Assembly: GCA_964567265.1 (NCBI GenBank)
Contig: CAZMLK010000002.1
Coordinates: 2,996 to 66,995, forward strand
Source of the DNA: an uncultured Candidatus Saccharibacteria bacterium
GTDB taxonomy: Bacteria > Patescibacteriota > Minisyncoccia > Phycocordibacterales > UBA12088
Direction of reading: 5' to 3'
DNA: 64,000 nt
Shown: positions 48,752-57,990 of the stretch, piece by piece
How positions within the stretch are numbered: position 1 is the stretch's first letter
Layout: each line of letters opens with the position of its first letter
Program-made: the position numbers and the translations under genes
Notes under the pieces: generated by a model
Database searches by the model: none
Told to the model about the DNA's origin: nothing
The model's input: only the letters and a program-made list of their open reading frames with translations

Positions 48752-49297
48752 TCAAATTCGCCGTACTTGCAAGAAATCGAGCTCGACCGGCGTCTCTCGG
48801 CCGAACATCGGCACCAAGACCTTGACCTTTCCGCGCTCCTCGTCGACTTCGCCGATCTTGCCTTCGAGCTCCTTGAACGGGCCGTCGATGACAATCACCG
48901 GGTCATCGACCGAAAGCTCGATCTGATGCTTCACGGTATCCGACGACATGCGCTTCATGAGGATGTCGACTTCCTTCTGCTCCAAGGGAACCGGATGGAC
49001 GCCGCTTCCGACGAAGCCGGTGACGCGAGGAGTGTTGCGGACCACGTACCAGGAATCATCAGTGACGATCATGTTCACGAGGATGTAGCCGGGATAGACC
49101 TTCTCCTCTTCCTCGACGCGCTTGCCGCCCTTGATCTTGATCTTCTTCTCGGTCGGGACGACGACCTGGAAGATCTTGTCGTTCATGCCGAGGGAGTCGA
49201 TGCGCTGCTTGAGATTGCGCTCCACTGCCTTCTCATAGCCGGCATAGGTATGGATCGCATACCAGAGTGCCTCGCCTGTTGTTTCTTGTTTTGCCAT
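48752..49297 (-). CDS. nusG: transcription termination/antitermination factor NusG
   Basis: NGN domain WYAIHTYAGYEKAV, KOW FKELEGKIGEVDEERGKVKV. Confidence 0.92.
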   Translation of the reverse strand: MAKQETTGEALWYAIHTYAGYEKAVERNLKQRIDSLGMNDKIFQVVVPTEKKIKIKGGKRVEEEEKVYPGYILVNMIVTDDSWYVVRNTPRVTGFVGSGVHPVPLEQKEVDILMKRMSSDTVKHQIELSVDDPVIVIDGPFKELEGKIGEVDEERGKVKVLVPMFGRETPVELDFLQVRRI

Positions 49298-49333
49298 AGT
49301 GCTTTCGTTTCCTTAAAGAACTGATTGGTAACG

Positions 49334-49519
49334 CTAGTTGAGGACGAACGTATCGAGGATGCGCGCGAAGATAAAGTCGAAAAAGCCGAGCGCGAGCGCG
49401 GTTGCGAGCGAAATCACGACCACGAGGACGGTGTACGTGACCGCCTGCTTCTGTGTAGGAAAACGAACGTGCTGGAGCTCAGCGCGGGTGTCCCGGAGGT
49501 AATTGATGAGTCTTGTCAT
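49334..49519 (-). CDS. secE: preprotein translocase subunit SecE
   Basis: 61 aa, ELQHVRFPTQKQ...single TM; upstream of nusG. Confidence 0.85.
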   Translation of the reverse strand: MTRLINYLRDTRAELQHVRFPTQKQAVTYTVLVVVISLATALALGFFDFIFARILDTFVLN

Positions 49520-49584
49520 GATGGTGGTTACGATCGGTAATTCAGGGCGGTGGATGCACTCGCTATTCTACCGTTCCGCGTTAT

Positions 49585-49604
49585 AAAAAACCGCCCCGCG
49601 GGGC
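49585..49604 (-). terminator. short GC hairpin gccccgcggggc with T-run (minus) upstream of secE
   Basis: self-complementary 12-mer preceded by aaaaaa on +. Confidence 0.35.
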
Positions 49605-50037
49605 TGTATAAGGGCAGAATACCTGAGGTTTCTGCATGCGTCAAGTAGGGGAATCCGACAGTGGGGCTTCCTGCCACACTGTCGGACTCGTCCCATTTCA
49701 GGGAAATCGCAGGCTTGCGCGGTATCGGCCTCGATGATTTCCGGTTACCGTCGGTGGTTTCCCCAAAAATCCACTCCTAACAATGGCGTTCCAGAGAGCC
49801 ACCTTATCGTTCGAATCGTCCACGAGGTGAATCTGGTTTCGTTCGATGAATCTTTTGAGCTCTTCTTCAGTTGAGTCGCCGAAACCTTTCATCCAGAGCT
49901 CGCGCGAAGCTTCGGGAAGAGACACGGTGTTCGAGCGAGAACTTCTGAGCCACGGTGCGCCGTTCACATGATCCTCGAATGCCACAATGTGCTCCTTTCA
50001 GGAGATGGGTGCCCGGGCCATTGAAGCATGACCGCCT

Positions 50038-50088
50038 GGAAAATGAAACCCGCGCGGCCCTCATAAGGCCGCGCGGGTTTCATTTTCC
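50038..50088 (-). terminator. terminator after SIMPL gene (22-bp perfect palindrome)
   Basis: ggaaaatgaaacccgcgcggcc-ctcataa-ggccgcgcgggtttcattttcc. Confidence 0.7.
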
Positions 50089-50101
50089 ACAGTCCGAAAA
50101 C

Positions 50102-50908
50102 CTAGCGGATTTCGTAGGTGATCGATACGCTCGAGGTGAGCTTGTTCTCGCCAGCCGGTACCGATGGGGCAACTTCCGCACCACCCTTCCCTCCTGCCAT
50201 CATCGTGTCAGCTCGGTAGAACATCGGTGGCTGCGTGCCTCCCGATTCCGAGAAGTTCACGACACGTACGAGTTTCACGCCGAGATCCTTTGCAAGCTCT
50301 TCTGCTTTCGCACGTGCGTCATCAATCGCATCCTTCCGCGCCTGCTTCAAGAGCGCATCCTCGTCATCGATGGTGAAATCGAGACCGGATACTTCGGTCG
50401 CTCCGGCAGTTCCTGCGCCAGCGAGGAGCGTGCCTGCTTTCGAGGTGTCGCGCACCTTCACCGAGATGGTCTGGCTCGCGTTGAAGCCTTTGAGGACACG
50501 CTGGCCGGAATCGCAGTTGAACTGCGTACAGAGCTGGCCTTCGTATTCATAGCGAGGGAACACGTTATATCCGACGGTCTTGATGTCCTTCTCGTCGACC
50601 CCGTTTTCCTTGAGGTACGCGATGATCGCGTTGATCTTCTTCGCACTCGCCTCCTGCGCATCCTTCGCCGCCGGCTTCTCTTCAGTCACGGTGAAGGTGA
50701 AGGTCGCGATGTCAGGAACCGCGAAGACTTCGCCGCTTCCCTGCACGGTCACGACATTGGTGACCGGAACGCCGCCGCCGATATAATGAAATTCCTTGAT
50801 CGAATTCACAATGAGGATCGCGACATAGGCTGCAAGGGCAAAGACGAGGACGACCAATGCCTTCCCAAACTTGCTTTCATGCATAAACGTATACAACTCG
50901 CCATTCAT
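50102..50908 (-). CDS. SIMPL/DUF541 (BP26-like periplasmic immunogenic) protein
   Basis: TM anchor plus KINAIIAYLKENGVDEKDIKT...IDDARAKAEELAKDLGVKL pattern; start at MNGELY (ATG 50908). Confidence 0.75.
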   Translation of the reverse strand: MNGELYTFMHESKFGKALVVLVFALAAYVAILIVNSIKEFHYIGGGVPVTNVVTVQGSGEVFAVPDIATFTFTVTEEKPAAKDAQEASAKKINAIIAYLKENGVDEKDIKTVGYNVFPRYEYEGQLCTQFNCDSGQRVLKGFNASQTISVKVRDTSKAGTLLAGAGTAGATEVSGLDFTIDDEDALLKQARKDAIDDARAKAEELAKDLGVKLVRVVNFSESGGTQPPMFYRADTMMAGGKGGAEVAPSVPAGENKLTSSVSITYEIR

Positions 50909-51035
50909 AGGAGCAATTATTATTACTAAATCTGAATGCTGTAAGTATACCGCCCATGGAGCTCGCGACCGCAAAGCCCTTGGGGGTACTGCATTACCAT
51001 CAATGACGGCTGCCCTGTCGGCACCTTACAGCAAC

Positions 51036-51455
51036 CTAGAGAATCACCCGTTCGATTACAAAGGCGGCAAGCGCCGTGATGGATGAAAGCGAGGTGCCCC
51101 AGAGCATGTCTACCGCGACGAAGCGGAACGGCCAATCTCGAAGCGTTGCGTAGTTGGTGAGATCGTAGGTCGCGTACGTAAAGAATCCGTACATACCGCC
51201 AAGGAGCGCGGCGCTGAACGGCGAGCCGATCAGCTTCGCCGGAAGAAGCGCAAAAAACAGGAGGCCGAGGATGTATACGACATAGAAGGTAATCCCTGCG
51301 CCCCAGTTCGTCCGATCGGACAGCAGGTGCCCGAGCGCGTCACGATAGAAGCGCCGCGCGATGACGCCGATCCACAGCAAATCCATGGCGCTGAATACGA
51401 GCAGCGCGGACGCGAAGAGCGTGAAGAACGGAATGCCAGCCGAAAGAAATCCCAT
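51036..51455 (-). CDS. small integral membrane protein (DUF2177-like)
   Basis: 139 aa, four TM helices. Confidence 0.6.
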   Translation of the reverse strand: MGFLSAGIPFFTLFASALLVFSAMDLLWIGVIARRFYRDALGHLLSDRTNWGAGITFYVVYILGLLFFALLPAKLIGSPFSAALLGGMYGFFTYATYDLTNYATLRDWPFRFVAVDMLWGTSLSSITALAAFVIERVIL

Positions 51456-51457
51456 AT

Positions 51458-51901
51458 CTATTTCTGCTTCAAGATATCGCGGATCTCCTCGAGCAGCGCT
51501 GCTTCCTTCGTCTTTGCCGGCTCTTCCTTCGTCGCTTCTTCCTGCTTCCGCTTCATCTTGTTGATGACCTTCACCATCGCGAAGATCGAGAGCGCGATAA
51601 TGGTGAAATCGAAGAGCGTCTGGAGGAATGCGCCGTAGGTGATGAGTATCGGCTTCGAGAGCTCGAGGCCGGTGCCGGCATCGATCTGCACGCCTCGGAT
51701 GGTGACCGCGAGATCCTTGAAATTCACGCCGCCAATGATGACGCTGATGATCGGCATGATGATATCGGATACCAAGGAAGACACGATCTTGCCGAACGCG
51801 CCGCCGATGATGACGCCGACCGCGAGGTCGACGACATTGCCTTTGACCGCGAACTCGCGGAATTCTTTGAAGAAATCTTTCACTGGTTTTTGTGCTGCCA
51901 T
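51458..51901 (-). CDS. mscL: large-conductance mechanosensitive channel
   Basis: [40 protein letters not shown]. Confidence 0.92.
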   Translation of the reverse strand: MAAQKPVKDFFKEFREFAVKGNVVDLAVGVIIGGAFGKIVSSLVSDIIMPIISVIIGGVNFKDLAVTIRGVQIDAGTGLELSKPILITYGAFLQTLFDFTIIALSIFAMVKVINKMKRKQEEATKEEPAKTKEAALLEEIRDILKQK

Positions 51902-51974
51902 ATGCAGGATCGAACTAAGCCGCGGAATCCGAAGAGGTCGACCCCGCTAATCGGCTCAATCATAGCATGAGGCG

Positions 51975-52514
51975 TTACTCCCCCAGGAAGGGCGGATATT
52001 CACTGAAGATGCCGAAGGATTTCGGACTGAGGACCAGCATCCAGTTCTGCTCGTCAGTGATCTCGCTCGACCACCGTGAGATGAAGTCCTTCCGCGGCAT
52101 CTTCACGATGCCGAGCCAGGGATCATTGAGGAGGACATGCCAGCGAGTGAGCCCGATCACCACGACATAGTGGTACTTGTCCCATTTGCCCCACTTCCCC
52201 TCGGGCCATTCGGGCATGAGGAGATGGACGACCGCAGGGTATCCCTTCTTGAGGAAGGAACGGAGCTCGTCGAGGGTCGCATTCTTGTTCTCGTAGCAGA
52301 AGAATCCGCTCGCGCGCGCCGCATTCAGCATGTTGCGGTGCCAGGTGCCGACGACCTCGTTGGTATCAGCGATCCGCGCGATCTCCTCGGCTGGCTTCCG
52401 GACGCCGAAGAACTCCATGACCATCTGGAGTGAGGTCGGGCCGCAGTAATACTCCGCCTGCTGCTTGAAGTAGGGTACGGAGAGCGTCCTTGCTTGTATC
52501 TGTTTCGTAGTCAT
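51975..52514 (-). CDS. standalone papain-like cysteine peptidase, C39-like domain
   Basis: QQAEYYCGPTSLQMVMEFFG catalytic Cys motif and downstream His/Asp region. Confidence 0.6.
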   Translation of the reverse strand: MTTKQIQARTLSVPYFKQQAEYYCGPTSLQMVMEFFGVRKPAEEIARIADTNEVVGTWHRNMLNAARASGFFCYENKNATLDELRSFLKKGYPAVVHLLMPEWPEGKWGKWDKYHYVVVIGLTRWHVLLNDPWLGIVKMPRKDFISRWSSEITDEQNWMLVLSPKSFGIFSEYPPFLGE

Positions 52515-52635
52515 AGACGAAAAAAGTCCCCGAACGGGTTCGGGATAACGGCACGTCGTCCTCGGTTTTCTGAATGGTCAAAAGAGTCATACTGGTAGCC
52601 ACATAATGGCACGATAGTGAGCTTTGGTCAATCTA

Positions 52636-52664
52636 TTGACATTATTAATTTGTAATCGTATATT
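52636..52664 (+). promoter_or_regulatory. consensus sigma70 promoter TTGACA-17-TATATT
   Basis: TTGACA 52636-52641, 17-nt AT-rich spacer, TATATT 52659-52664. Confidence 0.6.
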
Positions 52665-52709
52665 CCTGTGAGCCGCTTTTGGCAGCAACATCCTACGGAG
52701 CGTTTTGCC

Positions 52710-52964
52710 ATGCATGCTGACAGAACTCTGAGGTACCGCATTCGTAGACCGATGACCAATGCGGAGATAGCTCGGGCGCTTGGATGCGAGAATGATGCCG
52801 GCGGTCGGATCGAGCACGCCGCTGTCTTCTATCGACACGCTGGTGCCGGCAGAATCGAGCGGGTTGGCGTGAAGATCGACAATGATGTCTTCACTGTGGA
52901 CGCAGGAATGACCAGCCATCATCTGGCAGCCGCTAAATTTGCTGATGTGTTGACCAACAGCTGA
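52710..52964 (+). CDS. orphan small protein (84 aa), possible HTH
   Basis: GGAG 9 nt upstream of ATG 52710; stop followed by terminator; MTNAEIARALG resembles an HTH first helix; only + gene among minus genes. Confidence 0.45.
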   Translation: MHADRTLRYRIRRPMTNAEIARALGCENDAGGRIEHAAVFYRHAGAGRIERVGVKIDNDVFTVDAGMTSHHLAAAKFADVLTNS

Positions 52965-52986
52965 ACCAAGTTCGCCACAAGACCAA

Positions 52987-53024
52987 GGCACCGACCAATT
53001 CTTGGTCGGTGCCCTTTTACTTTT
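52987..53024. terminator. bidirectional terminator ggcaccgaccaa-ttc-ttggtcggtgcc + T-run
   Basis: 12-bp perfect stem between convergent small ORF (+) and typA (-). Confidence 0.65.
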
Positions 53025-53040
53025 GATATTTGATTCGAGA

Positions 53041-54837
53041 CTATGATCGCTTCGCCTTCGAGCGGCCGGCTTCGGTGAGCTCCTGCTTCCTAAGGCGCAC
53101 GTTCTTCGGCGTGACTTCGAGGTACTCATCCCCTTCCATGATTTCGAGCGCGCGCTCGATGGTGAGCGTGAATGCTGGCACGAGGTCGATGGCTTCATCA
53201 TTTCCAGAAGAGCGGACGTTGGTGAGGTTCTTGCCCTTGGTCGGATTTACCACCATCTCCTCACCCTTCGACGAGTTGCCGATCACCATGCCTTCGTACA
53301 CCTCAGTTTGCGGAATGATGTAGAGCACGCCGCGATCCTGAAGATTCCAGAGTGAGAATGCGACTGCGGTACCGGTTGCCATCGAGGTCATTGATCCAAC
53401 CGCACGCTTCTCGATCGTACCCATGTACGGACGGAAGCCGACGACACGGGACGCGAAGATGCCCTGCCCCTTGGTGTCGATGATGAACTGGTTGCGGAAA
53501 CCGAGGATGCCGCGGGTCGGCCCTTCGAAGTTCATGCGGACGGTGTTCTCGTGGATCTTCATGTTGGTCATGATGGCTCCGCGCTTGCCGAGCTTCTCGA
53601 TGACGACGCCCTGCGATTCTGACGGCACGTCGATGGTGATTTCCTCGAACGGCTCAGACTTCACGCCGTCGATTTCCTTCACGATGACCTGCGGCTCCGA
53701 GACCTGGAGCTCATATCCTTCGCGACGCATGTTCTCGAGAAGAATGGAGATGTGGAGCTCGCCGCGGCCATAGACCTTGAACGAGTCGTTCGCAGAAAAG
53801 TCGATCTTGAGGCCGACGTTCACTTCGAGCTCGCGCTCGAGGCGGTCGCGAATCTGGCGGATGGTGACGAACTTGCCGTCCTTGCCTGCGAACGGCGAGT
53901 TGTTGACGAGGAAGTTGAGGACGATGGTCGGCTCGTCGACGGAAATCGCCGGAAGCGCCTCAGTGTCGGCGGATGCGCCGATCGTGTCGCCGATGAAGAT
54001 CTCCGGGAGACCGGCGATCATGACGATGTCGCCTGCGACCGCGCTCTGCGTTTCTTCGCGGACGAGACCCTTGAAGGTGAAGAGCTTGGTGATCTTGCCC
54101 GAGAACTGCTTCAGCTCGTTGTTCTCATGGACGCCCTTCACGTAGACGGTGTCGCCCATCTTGATGGTGCCTTCGTACACGCGGGCGATCGCCATGCGGC
54201 CGAGGAAGTTGTCATATGCGAGGTTGAACGGCTGCGCGCGGAGCGGCAGGTCCGCCTTGTCTGCGGTCGTCGGCTCGATCTTCTCGAGGATGGTGTCGAG
54301 AAGCGGCTCGAGATTCGTCGACGTGTCTTCGAGCTTCTTCTTGGCGATACCCTCGCGGCCGATCGCGTAGACGACCGGGAATTCGATCTGCGCCTCGTTG
54401 GCACCGAGATCGAGGAAGAGCTCGAGGACTTCTTCCTCAACACGTGCAGGGTCAGCAGCCGGCTTGTCGATCTTGTTGATGACGACGATCGGACGGAGGC
54501 CGAGCTCGAGAGACTTCTTAAGCACGAAGCGTGTCTGCGGCATCGGGCCTTCCTGGGCGTCGACGACGAGGATGACGTCATCGATGGAGCGGAGGACGCG
54601 CTCGACTTCGGAACCGAAGTCGGCATGGCCTGGGGTGTCGACGATGTTGATCTTGGTGCCCTTGTACATCACCGAGGCATTCTTGGCATAGATGGTGATG
54701 CCACGCTCCTTTTCGAGCGCGTTTGAGTCCATGGAGACACCCGCAGCGGCAGCGCCGGTCTCACGGAGAATAGCGTCGGTCAGGGTGGTTTTCCCATGGT
54801 CGACGTGTGCGATGATGGCGATGTTGCGGATTTCCAT
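53041..54837 (-). CDS. typA: translational GTPase TypA/BipA
   Basis: NIAIIAHVDHGKTTL, DTPGH, NKID G-domain; EF-G-like domains; 598 aa. Confidence 0.93.
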   Translation of the reverse strand: MEIRNIAIIAHVDHGKTTLTDAILRETGAAAAGVSMDSNALEKERGITIYAKNASVMYKGTKINIVDTPGHADFGSEVERVLRSIDDVILVVDAQEGPMPQTRFVLKKSLELGLRPIVVINKIDKPAADPARVEEEVLELFLDLGANEAQIEFPVVYAIGREGIAKKKLEDTSTNLEPLLDTILEKIEPTTADKADLPLRAQPFNLAYDNFLGRMAIARVYEGTIKMGDTVYVKGVHENNELKQFSGKITKLFTFKGLVREETQSAVAGDIVMIAGLPEIFIGDTIGASADTEALPAISVDEPTIVLNFLVNNSPFAGKDGKFVTIRQIRDRLERELEVNVGLKIDFSANDSFKVYGRGELHISILLENMRREGYELQVSEPQVIVKEIDGVKSEPFEEITIDVPSESQGVVIEKLGKRGAIMTNMKIHENTVRMNFEGPTRGILGFRNQFIIDTKGQGIFASRVVGFRPYMGTIEKRAVGSMTSMATGTAVAFSLWNLQDRGVLYIIPQTEVYEGMVIGNSSKGEEMVVNPTKGKNLTNVRSSGNDEAIDLVPAFTLTIERALEIMEGDEYLEVTPKNVRLRKQELTEAGRSKAKRS

Positions 54838-54939
54838 GGAATTCGGTGGCTAAAATGAAAAAGAAAAACTCGCGCACGAGTTGTAGGTACACCATACAAC
54901 ATTTAGCTAAATCTGGCTAGAGAACCCTGTTTCCGTTCA

Positions 54940-55509
54940 TTAGAGGAGGTGCCCCAGGTAGCCGATCATAATGATGCCGAGGAAGTTGAAGGTGAATGAG
55001 AGGAGGATGAATTGGGAGGTCTTGATCTCCGAGAAGCCGAGGAGGGCGAGTCCGAGCTCGTCCGGAAGCGGCGAGGCGATCACGAGCGCGCCCAGGAACG
55101 GGAGGAACCATTCGAAGAGCCGCGTATGGAAGATTGCGAACAGCCGCTTGAACCTTCCCTTCCCTACGAGATAGGTGACATCGGCGGAGATGTCATCGTG
55201 GACGAACTTGAAGAGGAAGAAATCACCGAGCACCGCGCCGCAGGCGCCGAAGAATGCGACCAGGAGAATCGGGCTCCCTTGCGTGATCTCGAAGAGGGCC
55301 GCGATCGCGGGCGCGGTCGTGAAGATCGAAGTGAAGAAGATGCCCGAGACGAAGCTGGCGAGGATTGGGAGATTGGCCGATCCTCCAAGGAGTACATGGA
55401 TCGCGCCGCTCCTGATGATCCAGGACCCTACCCCGATCCCGAGCATGAGGATACAGACATCACGGAGGAAGCGTTTCTTGGCCTGCTGCTTTCGAGGAGA
55501 ACCGGTCAT
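54940..55509 (-). CDS. hypothetical polytopic membrane protein
   Basis: multiple TM helices; ORF opens with GTG at 55542, first ATG at 55509; no SD. Confidence 0.6.
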   Translation of the reverse strand: MTGSPRKQQAKKRFLRDVCILMLGIGVGSWIIRSGAIHVLLGGSANLPILASFVSGIFFTSIFTTAPAIAALFEITQGSPILLVAFFGACGAVLGDFFLFKFVHDDISADVTYLVGKGRFKRLFAIFHTRLFEWFLPFLGALVIASPLPDELGLALLGFSEIKTSQFILLSFTFNFLGIIMIGYLGHLL

Positions 55510-55646
55510 ATGTGTCAATCGGTAGTATACCAGCGTGTGCACATCGCCGAGGAACCCCTAAGGGGCGGCATGCTATCGTATCCTCTATGGGCAGCCCCTC
55601 GAAGCTCCCTTTCTTTACAAAAAATTCTCGCGGATAATCGCTCAGC

Positions 55647-56246
55647 ATGCATACGTATTTCCTTGAAGGACTCGGCACGTTCGCCCTCTCTGCCGTGGTC
55701 GCGCTCTCGATCGGCGGCACCTTCGCGGTCCCGGTACCCGTCGTCGCCGCGCTCACGCTCGGGCTCTTCGTCTATACCATCGGGCACGCGACCGGCGCGC
55801 ATCTCAACCCTGCGGTCACCATCGGGCTGTGGTCGCTCGGGAAGATCGAAGCGCAGGTCGCGACCGGCTACGTGATCGCGCAGTTCCTCGGCGCGGCGGC
55901 GGCCTTCTTCCTCGCGAACATGTTCGTGCCGGGCCTTGCAGGCTTCGAAATGCCGGCCGGACGGCTTTCGATCGCGTTCGCTGAGGCGATCGGCATGTTC
56001 TTCTTCGCGTTCGGCATCGCATCAGTGGTGTACGGGAAGGTCCCGTCGGAAATGAGCGGCTTCGTCGTCGGCGGATCCCTCCTCCTCGGCATCACGCTCG
56101 CGTTCGGAGCGGGCTCGTCAGGCATCCTCAATCCCGCGGTCGCGCTCGCGCTCAACTCGTTTAACATCATGTATCTCCTCGGGCCCATCGTCGGCTCGAT
56201 CATGGGCATGTGGACGTACAAGCTTTTCCTCACGCACACGCGCTAA
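55647..56246 (+). CDS. MIP-family channel (short aquaporin-like)
   Basis: two NPA boxes HLNPAVT and ILNPAVA; six TM; 199 aa. Confidence 0.85.
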   Translation: MHTYFLEGLGTFALSAVVALSIGGTFAVPVPVVAALTLGLFVYTIGHATGAHLNPAVTIGLWSLGKIEAQVATGYVIAQFLGAAAAFFLANMFVPGLAGFEMPAGRLSIAFAEAIGMFFFAFGIASVVYGKVPSEMSGFVVGGSLLLGITLAFGAGSSGILNPAVALALNSFNIMYLLGPIVGSIMGMWTYKLFLTHTR

Positions 56247-56253
56247 GGCAGGT

Positions 56254-56703
56254 ATGGATAAGAAAACACTCATCGTCATGGGGGCGTTCGTACTCCTCCT
56301 CGGAATCAACTGGTGGCTCTGGGACCGTACGTATAGCCCGCACAGAAATCCAACAGCGCTCCGGGCGATGGAAATCTACTCGGGGAAACTCCCCTGCGCT
56401 GATTGCGACGCGATCCAGGCGGACCTCCAGCTATCACATGTGCAAGGCGAAGCCAGCGGCCATTTCATCCTGCAGACGATCTATCTTGGGCAGAGCGGGG
56501 ATACGTACGAGACGACTGGCGAGTGGGCGACTGAAAAGAGTGCCGACACTGAGATCGTCATCCTGAACCCGGGTCATTCAACCGACGCCATGCTTTTCAG
56601 AAGGAACGCGGAGGGCGGTCTCGTGATGGTCGGGAAGGACAAGCAGCCGATTCCCGGATCCGACAATTACACGCTCACGAAGATGGCTGAGGGGAAGCAG
56701 TAG
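56254..56703 (+). CDS. NlpE N-terminal-domain-like protein
   Basis: TM anchor then GKLPCADCDAIQADLQL motif as recalled for NlpE_N. Confidence 0.6.
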   Translation: MDKKTLIVMGAFVLLLGINWWLWDRTYSPHRNPTALRAMEIYSGKLPCADCDAIQADLQLSHVQGEASGHFILQTIYLGQSGDTYETTGEWATEKSADTEIVILNPGHSTDAMLFRRNAEGGLVMVGKDKQPIPGSDNYTLTKMAEGKQ

Positions 56704-56718
56704 CACAGACATAAAAAA

Positions 56719-56757
56719 ACAGACCGGCCGGGCGAGAGCCCGGCCGGTCTGTTTTTC
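56719..56757. terminator. bidirectional terminator acagaccggccggg-cgagag-cccggccggtctgt with A/T runs
   Basis: 14-bp perfect stem between convergent genes. Confidence 0.7.
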
Positions 56758-56777
56758 ACAGATGAATCGTTCCATTG

Positions 56778-57131
56778 TCATTCCTTGACCCATTCACCAG
56801 TTTCTTTATCAAATTTTGCGTACGGAAATCCTCCGTCAGGGATATCGTCAGAATCGAATGACACAACATCGATACGATGTTCGTTCGCCTCCCGACCCTT
56901 GCCATGCTTTCCCTCCCTCAAGTAGCTCGCAATTTGGTAGCCAAGCCCGACGGGAATGCGGACCTCAAGACAAACCAGCCCGAGTGCGTCATAATCCTCG
57001 GTCTCGATGCCATGGTCGGCACCCTCAAGGATTCCGAAACGGGTAATGATTTCCATGACTCCTTCCTTGTCTGGAATCTTTTCCTGACCCTTTTCAGGCA
57101 GTTGCGGCTGATATTTTTCTAGTTCACCCAT
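56778..57131 (-). CDS. hypothetical protein (117 aa)
   Basis: acidic soluble ORF in a tight run of three minus-strand genes. Confidence 0.5.
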   Translation of the reverse strand: MGELEKYQPQLPEKGQEKIPDKEGVMEIITRFGILEGADHGIETEDYDALGLVCLEVRIPVGLGYQIASYLREGKHGKGREANEHRIDVVSFDSDDIPDGGFPYAKFDKETGEWVKE

Positions 57132-57143
57132 GAAGGAATGTTA

Positions 57144-57353
57144 TTAGTAACCCTGGAGCATCGTGGTCGACGACATCGTCGAGATGAAGGTCGGGATCGC
57201 GAAGAGAAGTCCGATTGCGGGGAGGACGACCAGCGCGACGGAAATAATCAGCGTCCACATGAAATACTTCCGGGTCTTTTCGGTCGAGGCGTAGATCTTG
57301 TCTACTTTTTCCTCAATCGCGACCAGCTTTTGATTCAATTCCTGTTCGTTCAT
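57144..57353 (-). CDS. hypothetical small membrane protein (69 aa)
   Basis: coiled N-terminus then TM helix MWTLIISVALVVLPAIGLLFAI. Confidence 0.5.
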   Translation of the reverse strand: MNEQELNQKLVAIEEKVDKIYASTEKTRKYFMWTLIISVALVVLPAIGLLFAIPTFISTMSSTTMLQGY

Positions 57354-57366
57354 GCGTCCAGTATAG

Positions 57367-57759
57367 CTAATTCAAAAAGAGAATGCCTGTTTGGAGGGCT
57401 GTGGCGAAGGTTCCCCAGAGGAGGTACGGGAGGAGGAGTAGGAAAATGATCTTCGAATGCTTCCAAATCTTCCACTCGACGTACGCAAGCGTTCCGAGGA
57501 CAACATAGATATCCAAGGTCGCACCGATGAGTGGGCTCACATACAACTGGATCGGAGTGTAGAGCGCGTTTGCGATCAGGTTTAGAAGGAAGACGTAGAG
57601 TATTGTTTTCGGGACACTTCCCTTCTTCACGAGATACAGCAGGTATCCGAGCGCGACCGCTATCATTGGATAGATGATTCCCCACGCGAGACCGAACACC
57701 CACGGCTCCGGAGCGAAGAATGGCTTGTCGATATTTTGGTAGAAGGTTTCGTAGGTCAT
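57367..57759 (-). CDS. tspO: TspO/MBR family (tryptophan-rich sensory) membrane protein
   Basis: FFAPEPWVFGLAWGIIYPMIAVALGYLLY and W/Y-rich TM helices; start at MTYETF. Confidence 0.65.
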   Translation of the reverse strand: MTYETFYQNIDKPFFAPEPWVFGLAWGIIYPMIAVALGYLLYLVKKGSVPKTILYVFLLNLIANALYTPIQLYVSPLIGATLDIYVVLGTLAYVEWKIWKHSKIIFLLLLPYLLWGTFATALQTGILFLN

Positions 57760-57936
57760 GAGGGAAGTATAGCAGGAGGTTGGTTGTGGGAATCGGTCAC
57801 AAGTCACTAACCATTTTGTCGCAAGTATCGAAGCTTACAGCTTCAGTACACCTTGCGGACATTTTGCTTCGCAAGCTCGCAAAATGATCTCGTAAGGTCT
57901 TCGATTCCCTGACGGATTGTCCCCCGGACAATCCTT

Positions 57937-57990
57937 AGTCGCCCAGAAATACAAAAACCCCTCTCGGGGTTTTTGTATTTCTGGGCGACT
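57937..57990 (-). repeat. 25-bp perfect palindrome overlapping the tRNA-His 3' end (terminator-like)
   Basis: 57937-57961 agtcgcccagaaatacaaaaacccc / loop tctc / 57966-57990; right arm includes tRNA acceptor 3' strand. Confidence 0.8.

Noticed and set aside
49800-49830. tRNA-like GTTCGAATC T-loop motif at ~49811
   Set aside because: No acceptor, D or anticodon stems can be drawn around it. It lies inside a candidate ORF.
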